Shown here: in pieces, positions 25,689-39,335 of the stretch
How positions within the stretch are numbered: position 1 is the stretch's first letter
Layout: each line of letters starts with the position of its first letter
NCBI GenBank assembly: GCA_951406725.2
Contig: OX597827.1
Span: 66,340,001 to 66,404,000, forward strand
Direction: 5' to 3'
DNA from: Octopus vulgaris
Taxonomy: Eukaryota
Length of the DNA: 64,000 nt
Made by a program: the position numbers and the translations under genes
Notes under the pieces: generated by a model
The model's database searches: none
Seen by the model: only the letters and a program-made list of their open reading frames with translations
What the model was told of the DNA's origin: nothing

Positions 25689-26299
25689 ATGGCTACCGAA
25701 TACTTGTCACATACACGCAGGAACACCCACGAACACCCACGAGCATGTGTATATATATTTGTGCCAGTATACATTTATGTATGTGTGTGTGTGTATGCGT
25801 GTGTATTAGTCCTTTATGACAAACTGCAATACATTATCCACTTGAGAGTACTGAGAGGGTTCAATAAAATAAGTGATTTGATTTTTACTGGATCAGTGAC
25901 AGCGTCAAGAAATTTTGAATCTGAAAATAATGGTTTTTTTATGATTTTTCACCCGAACGCAGAGAATATAATAGCAATAAAATATCTTGTTGTAAGTTGA
26001 CAAAGAATTATGTGCACTTAATAAGAGAAGGTGAAGCAACTCATAAATATCAGGAAATTACAAAAAGGAAAGATATGTCATATGTATATAATAGAAATAA
26101 TATTTCAAAAATTTCATTTTGGGAACGACATGCGGGTTAACAGAAACTTAAGGGAAAGAGAATTTCTTCAAGCGAAATAATGAATACGACACGAATTTGA
26201 AATGAGTTCTTATAGCTGACATATTGTCAAGAAATAAAATATATACTATTACAAGGTACTCGGAAAGTATGGTGTATATTTAGATATTGATAGAAAGAT

Positions 26300-26510
26300 A
26301 TGAATCGATATGAGTGAAGATTATTGAGAAGGTTGCAAGACGCAACGAAAATTTTAGGAAAATAACTATAAGAAATAAATGGAAATTTTACCGGTGAGTG
26401 TGTTAAATTAGAAGGCACAAAAAGAAAATGACTCTATCCAGACACAACAGAACATGCTTCAACACACGAATTCACATAAAGAATCTTGCAAACAAAATCC
26501 CAAAACGAGA
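26300..26510 (-). mobile_element. Dispersed repeat (homologue at 53644-53790, +)
   Basis: aattttaccggtgagtgtgttaaatta.aaggcacaaaaa...atgactct...ataaagaatcttgcaaa is the reverse complement of 53660-53785. Confidence 0.8.
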
Positions 26511-28059
26511 TATGAATCGGGTTATGTGGAAATTCAAATCTTATCGTCATATAAGTAAGACTATTTTTGACAATGTAAAATCAATTCCAGTGTTACACCA
26601 GTGGTAACTGTCATTGTGTGGCGATTATATATTCTAGAAGAAAACACAGCAAACTAATAAATATTTATACTAAGGATTTATATATAAAGATTTATATATA
26701 TATTTTACTAAAGATTTATATATTCACAAAATCTGAATAAAGGCGACGAAATAGACAACAAAATATTAAACTACATTTGACAACATACAAAAACAAAACA
26801 TGTAGACATAAGCATTAGTATTGAACACATTCATATAGACTTTGACGTAGAAATAGTTAACGTAGTATAGAAAACAGAAATGGCTGAAAACAAATTTGGA
26901 AGAAAGACAAACTGACAAGACATAACTTTAGATAAAGCGAATAACGGCCTATACACTAAATATGTAAAGACTATATTATGATACAGAAACGATAAAAAGT
27001 GAATATCATACAATTAACGTTAAACAATATTGATCAAATAAACCAACAAATGTCGTAAGACCGGCAGTTGAAACTAGTGGTGAATACAAACATGCTACGT
27101 TATGAAACAAGAAGTATATCTAGGAAAATCATATACCAAATTTGCTCTATGACCGTGTGTAATAATTGTTATTAATATTTTAAATAATGATTATTATTCT
27201 TTCTAAAATTATATTTACAGTCGCAGTTCTTGACTAGCTGTTTACGCTGTCGATGGGTAATGCTAATGTTACGTAGGTAAGATTTGAAGAACATAGCATA
27301 AAGATTGGATGCAAATGTTTTGATGCATTTTCACCAATTCTGTCAAACAAGAACCATACGGCCAACTCTGGTCCAAAAATCAAGCGGGAAATAAATCGAC
27401 GTTGTGAGGGAAGAATATTGGTCCCTTCTCAATATACCTTGTCCATAAAGAATTCGAAGATGTATGTACACAAGATCCTGGACATATTGAAATCCAATAT
27501 ATTATGATTTAATGTTGAACCTGTAATACATATGAATAGGTGCAAATATATTATTATTATTTTATTTTATATCTAGTTCCAGCTCACGAGCTGTGGCCAT
27601 GCTGGGGCATAGCCATATATATACGAAAAAAAATCAACATAAGCAAACACGCAAAATTTAAAGCCAGTACAATCTCGCAACAAAATGTCTCGTATAAAGT
27701 GCACGATTTTATATCTAGGAAATATTAAATCAACGAAACATCTCATACACACGCTCAAATCTTCCTACTGTATACACGTACATTTCTCTAAATCGCAGGA
27801 CATGAATATTGTAAACAACAGGAATTAAACCGAAGAAGGGAAAAGACAAGAAAATAAAATTAATCACATCCATAAATATATATTTCCTACGCTTTTAATT
27901 GCCTCTTTTTAACAGAGACCTATTATCTTTCAAGTCAAATAAATTGATGAACTTTCTATTAAAGTTGTTTAGCTGTGGCTTTATCATCAGTGGTAACAGT
28001 TTGTTAAGTCGCTTCAGTTATCATATTTTATCGCGTTAACAGCTTATTATCATAATATT

Positions 28060-28340
28060 ACTATTGTTTACTTCTCAGAATGTTCGGTCTTGTTTGTTCT
28101 GGTAGATTCTGTGAGAGCGGACAGCAGCCTGCCGTCAAAGATCTCACAGTGTCTCTTTCCGCTCATTATAAGCGTTGATATTTGGTTGTTAACATTCAAC
28201 GTCCAAATATTAATCTGAAGATCATAGCTATCCTCAGCTGAGCATTTTGGGAAGTTTACCCTTCTCTCATGTCAATTCCGATTTCATTGACATATTTCTC
28301 GAACTTGGTTGCTAGTGCTCCGAGTGTCCCTATATATGCC
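28060..28340 (-). mobile_element. R4/Dong-type LINE 3' fragment
   Basis: Minus: IGTLGALATKFEKYVNEIGIDM...QNAQLRIAMIFRLIF*, similar to IG.LG...QK.ALLGTA.ILR; 3'UTR ends in TAA-like repeats. Confidence 0.65.
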
Positions 28341-28441
28341 AGGTGTTCACTTATCGGACGAGTAGTCATGATGGGTATTCTACAGGGCTTCGTATATTTT
28401 ACCCCAGTATCAATTTGATGGTATGTCCTGTTCTCTCATTC
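28337..28441 (+). mobile_element. Element X, 3' fragment
   Basis: Reverse complement of the first ~100 bp of 28658-29208. Confidence 0.85.
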
Positions 28442-28443
28442 AA

Positions 28444-28466
28444 TATTATTATCATCATTATTATCA

Positions 28467-28539
<73 letters not shown>

Positions 28540-28577
28540 CATTATTATTATCATTATTATAATTATCATTATTATTA

Positions 28578-28657
<80 letters not shown>
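28444..28657. repeat. (TAT)n microsatellite
   Basis: Directly visible. Confidence 0.97.
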
Positions 28658-29208
28658 GAGTGAGAGAGCAGTGCATCCCGTCAAAGTGACACTGGGGTAA
28701 AATATATGAAGTCCATTATACCCAGCATGACTACCTGTCTTATAAGAGTACACTAGGTACATGCATCATAAGCATATGTGCGAGACATGGTGATCTCATA
28801 TCAAGATAAACAGCACATGATCTTGCAGCTGGGGCCCAGTTAGAATTTTCTTCTGGTCGAGTAACCCATCCCGCTCAAAAGGTCCCTGAATAAGGGTTGT
28901 TTAAGGATGTTGAACGAAACATACATGTTTCCAGAGGTGAATTATTCAAACCCCAAAGAATCCAAAACATGGCTATGATGCTCCCCACTGCTTATGCTCG
29001 TGATCAGAGATGCACATATCGTCAGCGATTAAGGGGTATGCTCAACTGGTTAAGGTCAAACAACTGAGAAGCAAATCTGTGGTATTGAGCAGAATATTTG
29101 CTGTAACCCATCTTTTATACCAGGAGAAAATAATGTACATGATAACAGTTCCAATCAGTTAGGATAACAAGCCACGAGAGCCACTTGCTGGTACTGCATC
29201 AGGGCATT
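28658..29208 (-). mobile_element. Element X: ~550-bp non-coding repeat embedded in (TAA)n
   Basis: Colinear end to end with 52330-52886; both flanked by TAT repeats. Strand inferred from truncated copies keeping only one end. Confidence 0.88.
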
Positions 29209-29219
29209 TATTATTATTT

Positions 29220-29487
29220 TATGTTTGACTTTTGCATTATATTTGTACAAGTTGGCTCCAAGTCTCACCCAGAGACCCCAAGAGAAAACGTGTTGGAAAT
29301 TCATGTTAGTGTTATGCCTATGGTGCCATATATTTGGTTTTGTACATAGTGTTGTTCTAGAGAATGATAAAGAAACCATAAGAAAATTATGTTTGTTTTA
29401 AGACTTGAGATTACATAGTAAGAATTTTGCGTAGGATATTAGCAGTTTCCATAAGCACTATCTTTTGAATTTCTGCCATTTTGGGGG
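29220..29487 (-). mobile_element. R4/Dong-type LINE 3' end
   Basis: Minus: PKMAEIQKIVLMETANILRKILTM* then 3'UTR and TAA tail. Confidence 0.8.
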
Positions 29488-29506
29488 CTTCTTCTTCTTC
29501 TTCTTC

Positions 29507-29555
<49 letters not shown>

Positions 29556-29945
29556 CATCATCATTATTATTATTTTTATCATTATTATTAACACTATTCA
29601 TTAATGAGCAAAGTCCTGATAAGCAATACAATCTCAAAAGGTAACGTGATATTTAATATATTGTTAATATATTTTCTTCCTAGCTAGTTGGCAGCATTTC
29701 TGAGGAACGCCATTTCCCTATACTCCATTGAAATAGTGTTATGACGTCGCCACATGTTCTTTAGCTATCGAACAATAGCTACACTACTTATACGAGTCTT
29801 TGCTCTTGAGAGTTCAATATGGAAATTACACGTGTATACCGTTAAAATATGCGGATCTCAAATGACTGCACTATCAAAATGTCAGTGCTACAGGTAATTT
29901 GTTTAGGAATCAGGTACTTATTGAAAAAGGCTAGCGATAAATGTA

Positions 29946-30006
<61 letters not shown>

Positions 30007-30274
30007 TGCGTATTGATCCACATAGAGTTGATGTTATTAGGTTATTTTTTTGGTTTTCTTCCACATTGATAATGTTAGTTTTATGTGAATCGCCCGTTTG
30101 TATCGATAGAAGTGTTTGGACGTAGGCGATAGATAATCTAATCTAAATAAGTAGAAATTGATGTATGTAATTGGATGAAGATTTGATTAGCAACAATTCT
30201 GATATTATGCATCAATATGTAATTGGGGGAGGAATTTCGCGAGACGTTGACCCTACCATCTTATTCGTTTATAA

Positions 30275-30345
<71 letters not shown>

Positions 30346-30413
30346 TGTGTGCTTGTCTGTGTGTATGTATATGTGTGTATATATATATATATTTATATAT
30401 ATATATACGTATG

Positions 30414-30455
<42 letters not shown>

Positions 30456-30774
30456 CTTTTACATATATATATATACAAGTAGTATACGTCGATTGACGTA
30501 TATTGATAGGTACGTACAATGACTGCTTAGATTGGTTTGCCACTGAAATTCTCGGCTTGAAGTGTAAATGGAAATGAGGTGCTGAACTTGTCTATCCAAG
30601 GCGGTTAGAAGCGGTACCTGATTCAGTGGGTACATTAAATATGTTAGTCGATAAGCAATGTATTTAGCATTAGGCGAGTATATTTAGTTTATATTAAAGA
30701 GTGTAAATTAATTAACTAAAATCAATACACTCACAAAAAGTAACGTGATAAGTAATATTCTTTATACTATTATA

Positions 30775-31135
30775 CTTTTAATAGTTTCGCTCATTCGACA
30801 GCGCCCATGCTAGGGCACCGTCTTTAGTCGAAGAAATCGAACCCAGGACGTAAACCAAGTATTTATTCTATCGGTCGGTTTTGCTTAGTTACAGACCCGT
30901 AAACACACCAACATTGGTTGTGAAGCCATGGTGGGGGTACGGACGCACAAACATATATATTTATATAAATGCGACGGGCTTCTTTTAGTTTCCGTCTACC
31001 GAATCCATTCACAAGGCTTTGATAAGCCTGAGGCTATAATGGTAGACACTTGTCCAAGGTGCCATTTAGTGGGACTAGACCCCGAAGGATGTGGTTTTAA
31101 ACCAGGCTTCTTACCACACAGCTACGAGCACGCCT
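30775..31135 (-). mobile_element. SINE family A (diverged)
   Basis: Tail, body and head motifs in reverse order. Confidence 0.85.
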
Positions 31136-31907
31136 ATATAGTATATTACCAACGTATTTTCTTTGCAGGTAGTTGGCAGCATTTCTTAAAACGCCTTTTC
31201 CACATAGTCAATTGAAATATGTAAGGACATTTATGGTAGATAAGTAAAGTCTCTTACTGGTGTTTCTGGAAGAGACAGAGGATCGAGCTAATGTGTAACG
31301 AATTCACGTAATCCAAAGAATCCCGTCATCCCGTCATCGGAGAGGTCGAGATAAAACAGTACAGAAAGACAGATCCTTAATTGAAGATATTAGTAGTCAT
31401 CAGTAAGAATGAGATGCAAATGTATTAGGTAATTACATGTTTAAAACAATTAGGGAATTAATGAAATCATAGAGTTAATGAAGTCGTATAAATTTTGTTT
31501 GTATTCCCATATATAATGTTTTAATTCAGCAGGTAAATTGTTTAGCGGGGAAAAAGTTACGAATGATCCATAACAGAAGAATATAAGTTAATAAATTCAT
31601 TCTAAGATTGAAAAACGTTTTAAAAATATATATTCCTATGTGAGGTAAAGACCGATTAGAATCCATGTATAGCTAAGAAATGTACTGCAACGTGATACAA
31701 AAATGGACTAGAACCAGTGTAAAACTGTATTTATAGAAATTATTTCCATCATATATGTACTAATCAAGTCTATTGTATTGTTATCTCGATATTTCCATGA
31801 GCGACGCTATCTCAGATCGAATATTGCCGTATAAGTGTTTGTATAATACGTATGATGCAGAAATGACTATTTTGATTAAATACTACCTCACTTGCCTATC
31901 TATCTAC

Positions 31908-31976
<69 letters not shown>

Positions 31977-32067
31977 AACATCTCATTCTCTCTCTTGTAT
32001 ATACATACATATATACACTCATATATAATGATAATAATAATAATATATATATATACACCATAATAAT

Positions 32068-32108
<41 letters not shown>

Positions 32109-32131
32109 ATATATATATATATATATATATG

Positions 32132-32202
<71 letters not shown>

Positions 32203-32476
32203 GATGTAATATGTATATATATACGAATATAACGTTGGGAAAGAATCAAAAGCTTCCCTAGTCTTAATTGATATATCTAATCAGCATATTTCCTCTCATT
32301 GTTGAGAGTACCATGTTATCTATTTTGCAATTTGTTGATTCTGGAGTGTGTAAAAGCTTTCGAAAGATTGAAACATACCCGCTTGTACAATGCATAAAGG
32401 GATTTTCCTTAAACTAAGGACATACTGATTTGAATAGTTGACAGTGGGGAGGAGCAAGGTCAAAATCACAAGAAAT

Positions 32477-32865
32477 GGTATGGAAGCACTCCGTCGGTTC
32501 TGACGACGAGGGTTCCGGTTGATCCGATCAACGGAACAGCCTGCTCGTGAAATTAACGTGTAAGTGGTCGAGCACTCCACAGACACGTGTACCCTTAAGG
32601 TAGTTCTCGGGGATATTCAGCGTGACACAGAGAGTGACAAGGCCGGCCCTTTGAAATACAGGTACAACAGAAACAGGAAGTAAGAGTGAGAGAAAGTTGT
32701 GGTGAAAGAGTACAGCAGGGATCAACACCATCCCCTGCCGGAGCCTCGTGGAGCTTTAGGTGTTTTCGCTCAATAAACACTCACAACGCCCGGTCTCAGA
32801 ATCGAAACCGCGATCCTACGACCGCGAGTCCGCTGCCCTAACCACAGGGCCATTGCACCTCCACT
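32477..32865 (-). mobile_element. Chimeric SINE: family B head with family C tail
   Basis: 32670-32865 matches 6775-6960; 32487-32665 matches the reverse of 25345-25518; TSD TCACAAGAAAT at 32466 and 32866. Confidence 0.9.
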
Positions 32866-32904
32866 TCACAAGAAATAACTACGATATGTTTGTGGTAATC
32901 TTCT

Positions 32905-33325
32905 CCCGTGTGCAGGAGCCGGGGGGTCACTTGCACACCGGGAAAGTTACTTAGCGACATTGCGTCTGTCTTTACGTTCTCAGTTCAAATTACGCCGAGG
33001 TCGACTTTGCTTTTCATCCGTCCGGTGTCGAGAATTTAAGTACCATTTACGAACTGGGATCAATCTATAATCGTCTGGCCCCCTCCCCCAAAATTTCGGA
33101 CATTGTGTCTAGATAAAAAAAGAATCTTCTCCTCTGTGAAGAAGGCAGTGAGCACACCGGGTATTTTGCTTAGCGACATTTAGTTCCTTTTTACGTAGTT
33201 AGTTCAAACTCCACCTCGGTCCATATCGCCTTTCATCGATAAAACAAGTACCCGTTGAGTCCAGGGGTTGATATAATCGACTTCCTTCCTTCCACGAAAC
33301 TGCTAGCCTTGTTCCAAAATGTGAA
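32905..33325 (+). mobile_element. Two tandem degenerate family D SINEs
   Basis: gttcaaattacgccgaggtcgactttgc (~32983) and gttcaaactccacctcggtc...gcctttcatc (~33202). Confidence 0.8.
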
Positions 33326-36300
33326 ACCTATATTCTTCTGTGTGACTGCAGTAATATGTAGATTTGCATTATCGTATAATGATCAATGAATAGCGGTCTT
33401 ACTGCACATTTTTGGGCCTCGCTTCCAATTGACGGCAATACTCTGCGTAACTGTTACGGTTGGGTTTCAAAACTTGATGATATACGACACATCTCCTATT
33501 TCACTAGATGCAGGACTTTCTTTGTGTCTAGTCCTCGCAAGGAGATTGATACACGCTGGGTGGAAACCATTCTAGTTTTCGTTGGTTCGTTGCTTATGTT
33601 TATAGACAATCCGTTTTTCATAGGATTTGGTCATTCTAACAAGGGTAATGTAGCAGGTCAATGGCGAGCAGAAGGTCACTCACTATTTAAGCTCAGAGGC
33701 AGGCAGATTATGTAGGACCCACTGATAACATTTTGTTGCTTTTGCAAGTTAATGATCATGATCAAAATATATGCTGACTTGGACTCTTATATGCATTCAC
33801 GTGCCGTTTGCTTTGGAGTTCTTTCAACTAGTTTTTCTATTCTGAATATGGAAATAAATCCATCCTCCCGGCAGATGAAAATATGCAGGAGTAAAAACCG
33901 CCGAACGAAAGTAGCCACATCACCATTGAGATGTGCAGGCATTAAAGCATAATTTCTATTGAGAGAACGAATATTTCCTGCCCATTTCATCGTTTGAGGA
34001 CCATGTTTAAGTCATACCATATGCAGTAATATACAGTGATTTGAGTCTAATGAAATGAAAGATATACAATCGACACGAATTTATTGCCTGTGATATACAG
34101 ACGTCTAGAAGTACATACATATTATATCAGAATATAGAATCTAAATGATTAAATACAGAAGAGACGCAAATATGTACATATACGTAGAAGGTTGATTCTA
34201 GTCGTACATCCAAAATGTTATGATTCTTTTCAAAGTCACTAGTTGGAGATAAGGTTAAAGCTGATCTTGGTCCTTTCTTCTATAAGGGTGATATCGGAGA
34301 TAATCTATCTTTATCAGAGAAATGCATTTTGCAATCTTAAGTCCATCTTTGCAAAGGCTTCATTAAGATGTCGATGTCTATGGTTAGTTTTTTCTGGAGT
34401 ATATCTTTGATCAAATGCATTTAAGTCGAAGTAAAATAGCATAAGAATACCTCACGTGACCATAACTTTTACAGGGAGAAATTGCGTTTATATAATTAGA
34501 TTCAGTGATTATTTCTATATTCGTTGACAAGGTTTCTGTTTTGTATATTAGAAAGTAACAAATAATGCAAAGCGTGGCTTCCTTCTCTTAAGAATATCAA
34601 TGTATTCATGGTGTTAACTATTCACATAACTTTAAGCATAATGACTAATATAGCTTCTGTTTTATACATTCAGAGGTTTGAGAACTATATATGTTTTCGT
34701 GTTAGTCTTAACTTATCACAATTTCTACTTAAAGGTCGTGTATTTTAGAACCACTAGTGTGACGGAGAAATTAGATTTCGGTGTTGAGTTTTGGCCATTA
34801 TTGCATTGATTTGACAACTTTGCATTTTGTCATTTCTAAGACGATTAGATATAATATCAGTGAAATATTATAGTCGATATATTCGATTATAAATTTTCCC
34901 TATAATTCCTGACATTGTTCTCTGACATTAGAAATCGATGCGTACATCCTTAATTCCTAATCCCAAATTTACAATCTCAGATATTGCAATATTGATGAAT
35001 TTATACAATATCGCTTTTGTCTAAGTCATTAAACAATATAAAGCTCAGCGCGCCCTCTAATGTCCATCTTGGATATTAAGTTACTAAGAAATGACATATA
35101 TTTACAGTTAACGAAGATAGTTATGGATATTTATAATATCACCTATTCTTCCTAAATTCTCTTTTCTACATATAATTATCGTGTAAACTTTGCAACATTA
35201 TCCGCCATAGTTTATCACTTCCAAATCTGTTTATTACTTATCTAATAAGCAAGTTTATCGTTATATTCATTTACACGTCCTCACAATTCTCACTATATTA
35301 CTATATTTCAGACCATTATGATTCAATGAATATCGGTGTATATTGAACTCAGGTTGGAATAACTGATGTATAGATGACCGGGTAATAAAATATTCAATAT
35401 CTATGGTAGGTTATTCACTTATTCGCATTGAGATGAGAATCTGTTACTGCATTGCAATTATGCATAAACTTCTACCTATCGAGAATTTATCACCGTAGTT
35501 GATTGACCCGCTAGATGAAATATCCAAAATCTTACTCAGCTATCATAGTATCGTAATAGGTACTGAAGTGCTACGTTTATATGTAGAAAAGAGAATTTTG
35601 GAAGAATGGGTGATATTATAAATATCCATAACTATCTTCGTTAACTGTAAATATATGTCATTTCTTAGTAACTTAATAACCAAGTCAACGGTTAAATCTA
35701 AATGATCAAGGCTAGAATACAGCTGATCTTTGGTGTGCTGGTCAGACTTGACCTGCGGCTAAGCAACAACAAAAATTAACAGAGACAAAGATCAATGCCA
35801 AAAACACGAATGAATCACTCTCAGACTAAACTGATTAGAGATTTCAATGGTTTTTCTTTTACCCATTATTCTTTTTTAGCCTATGGCATTTTTATTTTTA
35901 CAAAGTTAACAATGAGACTCCTTTCAAAAAGTATTCCCAACATTTATTCATTTATTTATTTTTATAATTATTCATTTATTTATATATTTATTTAATTATA
36001 ATTTATTTTGTTATTTAGGTTTTTGCTGGTCTTTCGTCTGTTTTAATAACATTCTCTTTGACTGCTGCTTTCATCTGTTTGAAGCCTTCACAATTGATTA
36101 GTTCACTTCTGTATCTTACACTATTTTTACTTCATATTCATTTATGAAATATGTTTACAGCTAATTAATCCTCTTGTGTTCCTTTTGTACTCATATAAAT
36201 TAATGTAAGCTGTGTCTTAGGATCATAATGTTTGGCCCGTCATTAAGGTAATTATATTTCTACAGATATAGGGAGCACAAAGTCTGCACTACGTGACACA

Positions 36301-36404
36301 ATATAATGATGTAATTTTTGTTACATCTTCAAGCAAGTTCTCATTAATTACATCACTAATAATAGTGGTAATGATAACACCACGACCACCACCAATATTA
36401 GTGG

Positions 36405-36531
36405 TAGTGATGATGATGATGAAGATGATGATGATTATATTGTTTGATGATGATGATATTGCTGATGATGATGATATAGATGATATTGATGATGATATTG
36501 ATGATGATGTTGATGATGATGATAATGATGA

Positions 36532-36566
<35 letters not shown>

Positions 36567-36661
36567 AAGATGATGATGAAGATGATGATGAAGATGATGA
36601 TGATGATGATGATGGCGATGGCGATGACGATGACGATGATGATGATGATGATGATGATGAA

Positions 36662-36699
<38 letters not shown>

Positions 36700-36737
36700 C
36701 GATGATGACGATGATGATGATGATGATGATGATGATA
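36405..36737. repeat. (GAT)n microsatellite
   Basis: Directly visible; source of the poly-D/S/H/M ORFs. Confidence 0.95.
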
Positions 36738-38899
36738 GTGGTTGGAATATACTAAAATTACAATGCTGGTAATACAAAAATAATTTTTCAAAATGCCGCC
36801 TGACATTCCGCCCTCTTTCTCTATTTATCTTAGATCATATCCGCTTCATTAAATTACATTGTGTAACTAATTATATCGAATCAATAGTAGGAATATGTTT
36901 TTAGAACATTGATATATATAACCCCAGGACGTGTTTAAATGAAAACACAAAGGATCAAAGGCAATGTATAAATGAAGATCCCATTTTGTTAACCGATATA
37001 ATGCGTAAATAAACACACTATCTATTACTTCTGACTTTTGTTGTAAATATTACTCTCTTTGGTCATTGCTTTTTACTTACTAACTGGGAAACGAACTACG
37101 AGGGCTGAGTGCAAAAAAATGCTGTAAAGATTTTCATATAATTCGGATTATTTGTAACAGTGCCTTCCGATGAGGCTTATTTTGACTTCTCGTAAGTCAA
37201 TGTTTACTTACAGATGGGCAAGTACTAAGCTTACAAAAAAAGCTCGTCGATAAAAATGTTTACTTTCATTAAAAAAATGTTCACTGGCTTTGATATATAT
37301 ATATATATATCAAAGGTTTTTCAAACGATGAATAGTTTGCGTAAACCATGGTCCGTTTTGTTCTCTTACTTTATTATCATCTTATAATCATCTCATAATA
37401 ACGACTTTTATGACTCGTATTACTACCTCAGTCAATCTAAATGTATATATTTGTCGTTACCTGCTATAAATAGCCTTTTTTATTTGCAATGTGCATTTTC
37501 ATTGGATTTTCATATTTTACTCCTATATATATATATATATATATATAATTATTAATATTAGGGAAATTATTTCCGAGTCCACAGGGGAGAGAAATTCAAT
37601 TTCTCGCTGTATTATATACATATATATATATAGATAGATAAGTTTAAGAGACAGTTGTTTTTATTATTATTAACTTGTCATTTTCGACAAATTAAATTAC
37701 CCGTCGAGCACCGCTTGCTGTAATCGATTTATCACACCCCACTAAAAGGTTGCTGCCCTTGTACCACAACTAAAAAATACCGACTGTGATATATAGCGAA
37801 GAGAATTTAGTTGGTTACGAGAAAACGTGAAAGAAATGTGGAGAATATTCTTGAAACTAAGCTACTTGCCCTGGATAATTCGAAAGATCATTTCGGCAGA
37901 TTCCACGATAATTTAGCATCGAAAGCGCGAGCAAATATCCTATGGATTAATTATGTAATATCATAAACGCGTTTATCACAACATTTTTTATCAATATTCA
38001 TTTAAAATTTGTATTGTATTAATATTTGGATTTGTGTCACACTGCTATCAAATTCATATTTTATTCTTCCGAAATATACAGCTAAATACGAGAAAAACAG
38101 GTAAAAAAATAATAGTAAATTGAACATTAATATGCCTTTCCGCAGTGTCAGCCACTCTCCTTGTAGCGTTATAAAAATTCATTAAACTGATCATTTCCTT
38201 ACTTAATTACATAATGATATTTGGGTGAAGTTTTTAGACAAGGTGTGGCATTTTTTTGATAATTATTCATTTTTAATTGTAAAATTGTAAACAAACGAGA
38301 CCATATCTAATTGATAACGACTCGCTTGTTTACAGTATAAAATGAAAAGGTAAATGAATTATAAATGTAAAAATAAAAAAAAGAAAGTGAAAAACTCCAA
38401 TTATTTCTAATGCTACAAATTTTATATGCCAGATTTCGACTTGAATATCATTAGAGGAAAAACAGATATAAAATTTACAAAAATGAAAAACGAAGGAAAA
38501 TATATTATTTGCTTAATTATAGATCTAACTAAGGTGTGTATTAATCATAATAATTAATTCCTGATATTTGAATCTATGTATACAATGATTCAAAATTCTT
38601 TACATTATCGCTTCGCTAACCTTTGGTTGGTAGAGTTGTAGGTGCGCCATTGTGACACTCAACTTGCTCTGAAGATATTTACAGCTGATGAAGCACGGTA
38701 TTTCTACATCGCTGGTCGCAGCTGATTACTTTTAGAAAGCAGAAAAACTGCCATTCAGAATGATAGAACCATATATTATTGATTGACACTGAAAGGAATA
38801 AGTGCGAGGTTGACATGTTATTTCACATGTGCAACTTAAATGACATATGTGACAACTCTTACATTACTTTCAGTGAACAGCTCTTACTTTAATCATCAC

Positions 38900-39335
38900 A
38901 GCATTAATATAACTAAGTCTATCGTTGATCTTCCTATAAGGTTTATAAATGTTCTTATTTAGATCTAAGGATACACCTAGGAAATTGACAACCGTCAGGT
39001 TGGTATCTGTAGTTATGCTAAGACCGAAAGTTTTCATTAAATGGATAATTTCCTTCCTACACTGATCCTGTGCTGGTCCATTGGTATTGGCTGTTAAATG
39101 GCGAAGTATAAGTCAGGAAAAATCTTACCCAACGTATCGAGTAGGAATAATCCCATATGATCGCATATGCCTGCTCCATCATATGACCCCATGCTCATAT
39201 CGAAAGCTCTCTCTGTATCGGTAGTCTTGACCCACTCTGTCTACTCGCAGAAGAGTAAAGTCTTTCTAGCATAGAAGATTATGTCCTTATCCTGTGTACT
39301 GATTTCTATGAATTCGTTTGCGAAGGTGAATGCGT
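38900..39335 (-). pseudogene. Penelope-like (Neptune-type) reverse transcriptase fragment, inverted relative to the rest of the element
   Basis: Minus: DIIFYARKTLLF..EWVK..AFDMSMGSYDGAGICDHMGLFLL ... NGPAQDQCRKEIIHLMKTFGLSITTDTNLTVVNFLGVSLDLNKNIYKPYRK; YRDD region deleted. Confidence 0.88.

Larger units (their letters stand above)
25095..25712 (-). mobile_element. PLE pseudo-LTR (minus) with inverted partial copy (+, 25617-25712), interrupted by a SINE
   Basis: 25110-25197 plus 25538-25606 is the reverse complement of 40168-40325; 25617-25712 is an inverted duplicate. Confidence 0.85.

Noticed and set aside
27221-27276. Possible 56-nt exon (tttacag|...|gtaaga) with one open frame
   Set aside because: No recognisable protein similarity or partner exons; such signals are common by chance.
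27945-27995. Hammerhead on minus strand (CTGATGA-taaag..cttta-ata-GAAA); similar boxes at 8441, 9605, 43256, 59939
   Set aside because: Stem I, stem III or the GAAA/cleavage triplet cannot be formed.
36289-36806. Poly-Asp/Ser/His protein
   Set aside because: (GAT)n repeat open in several frames with no supporting unique coding sequence.
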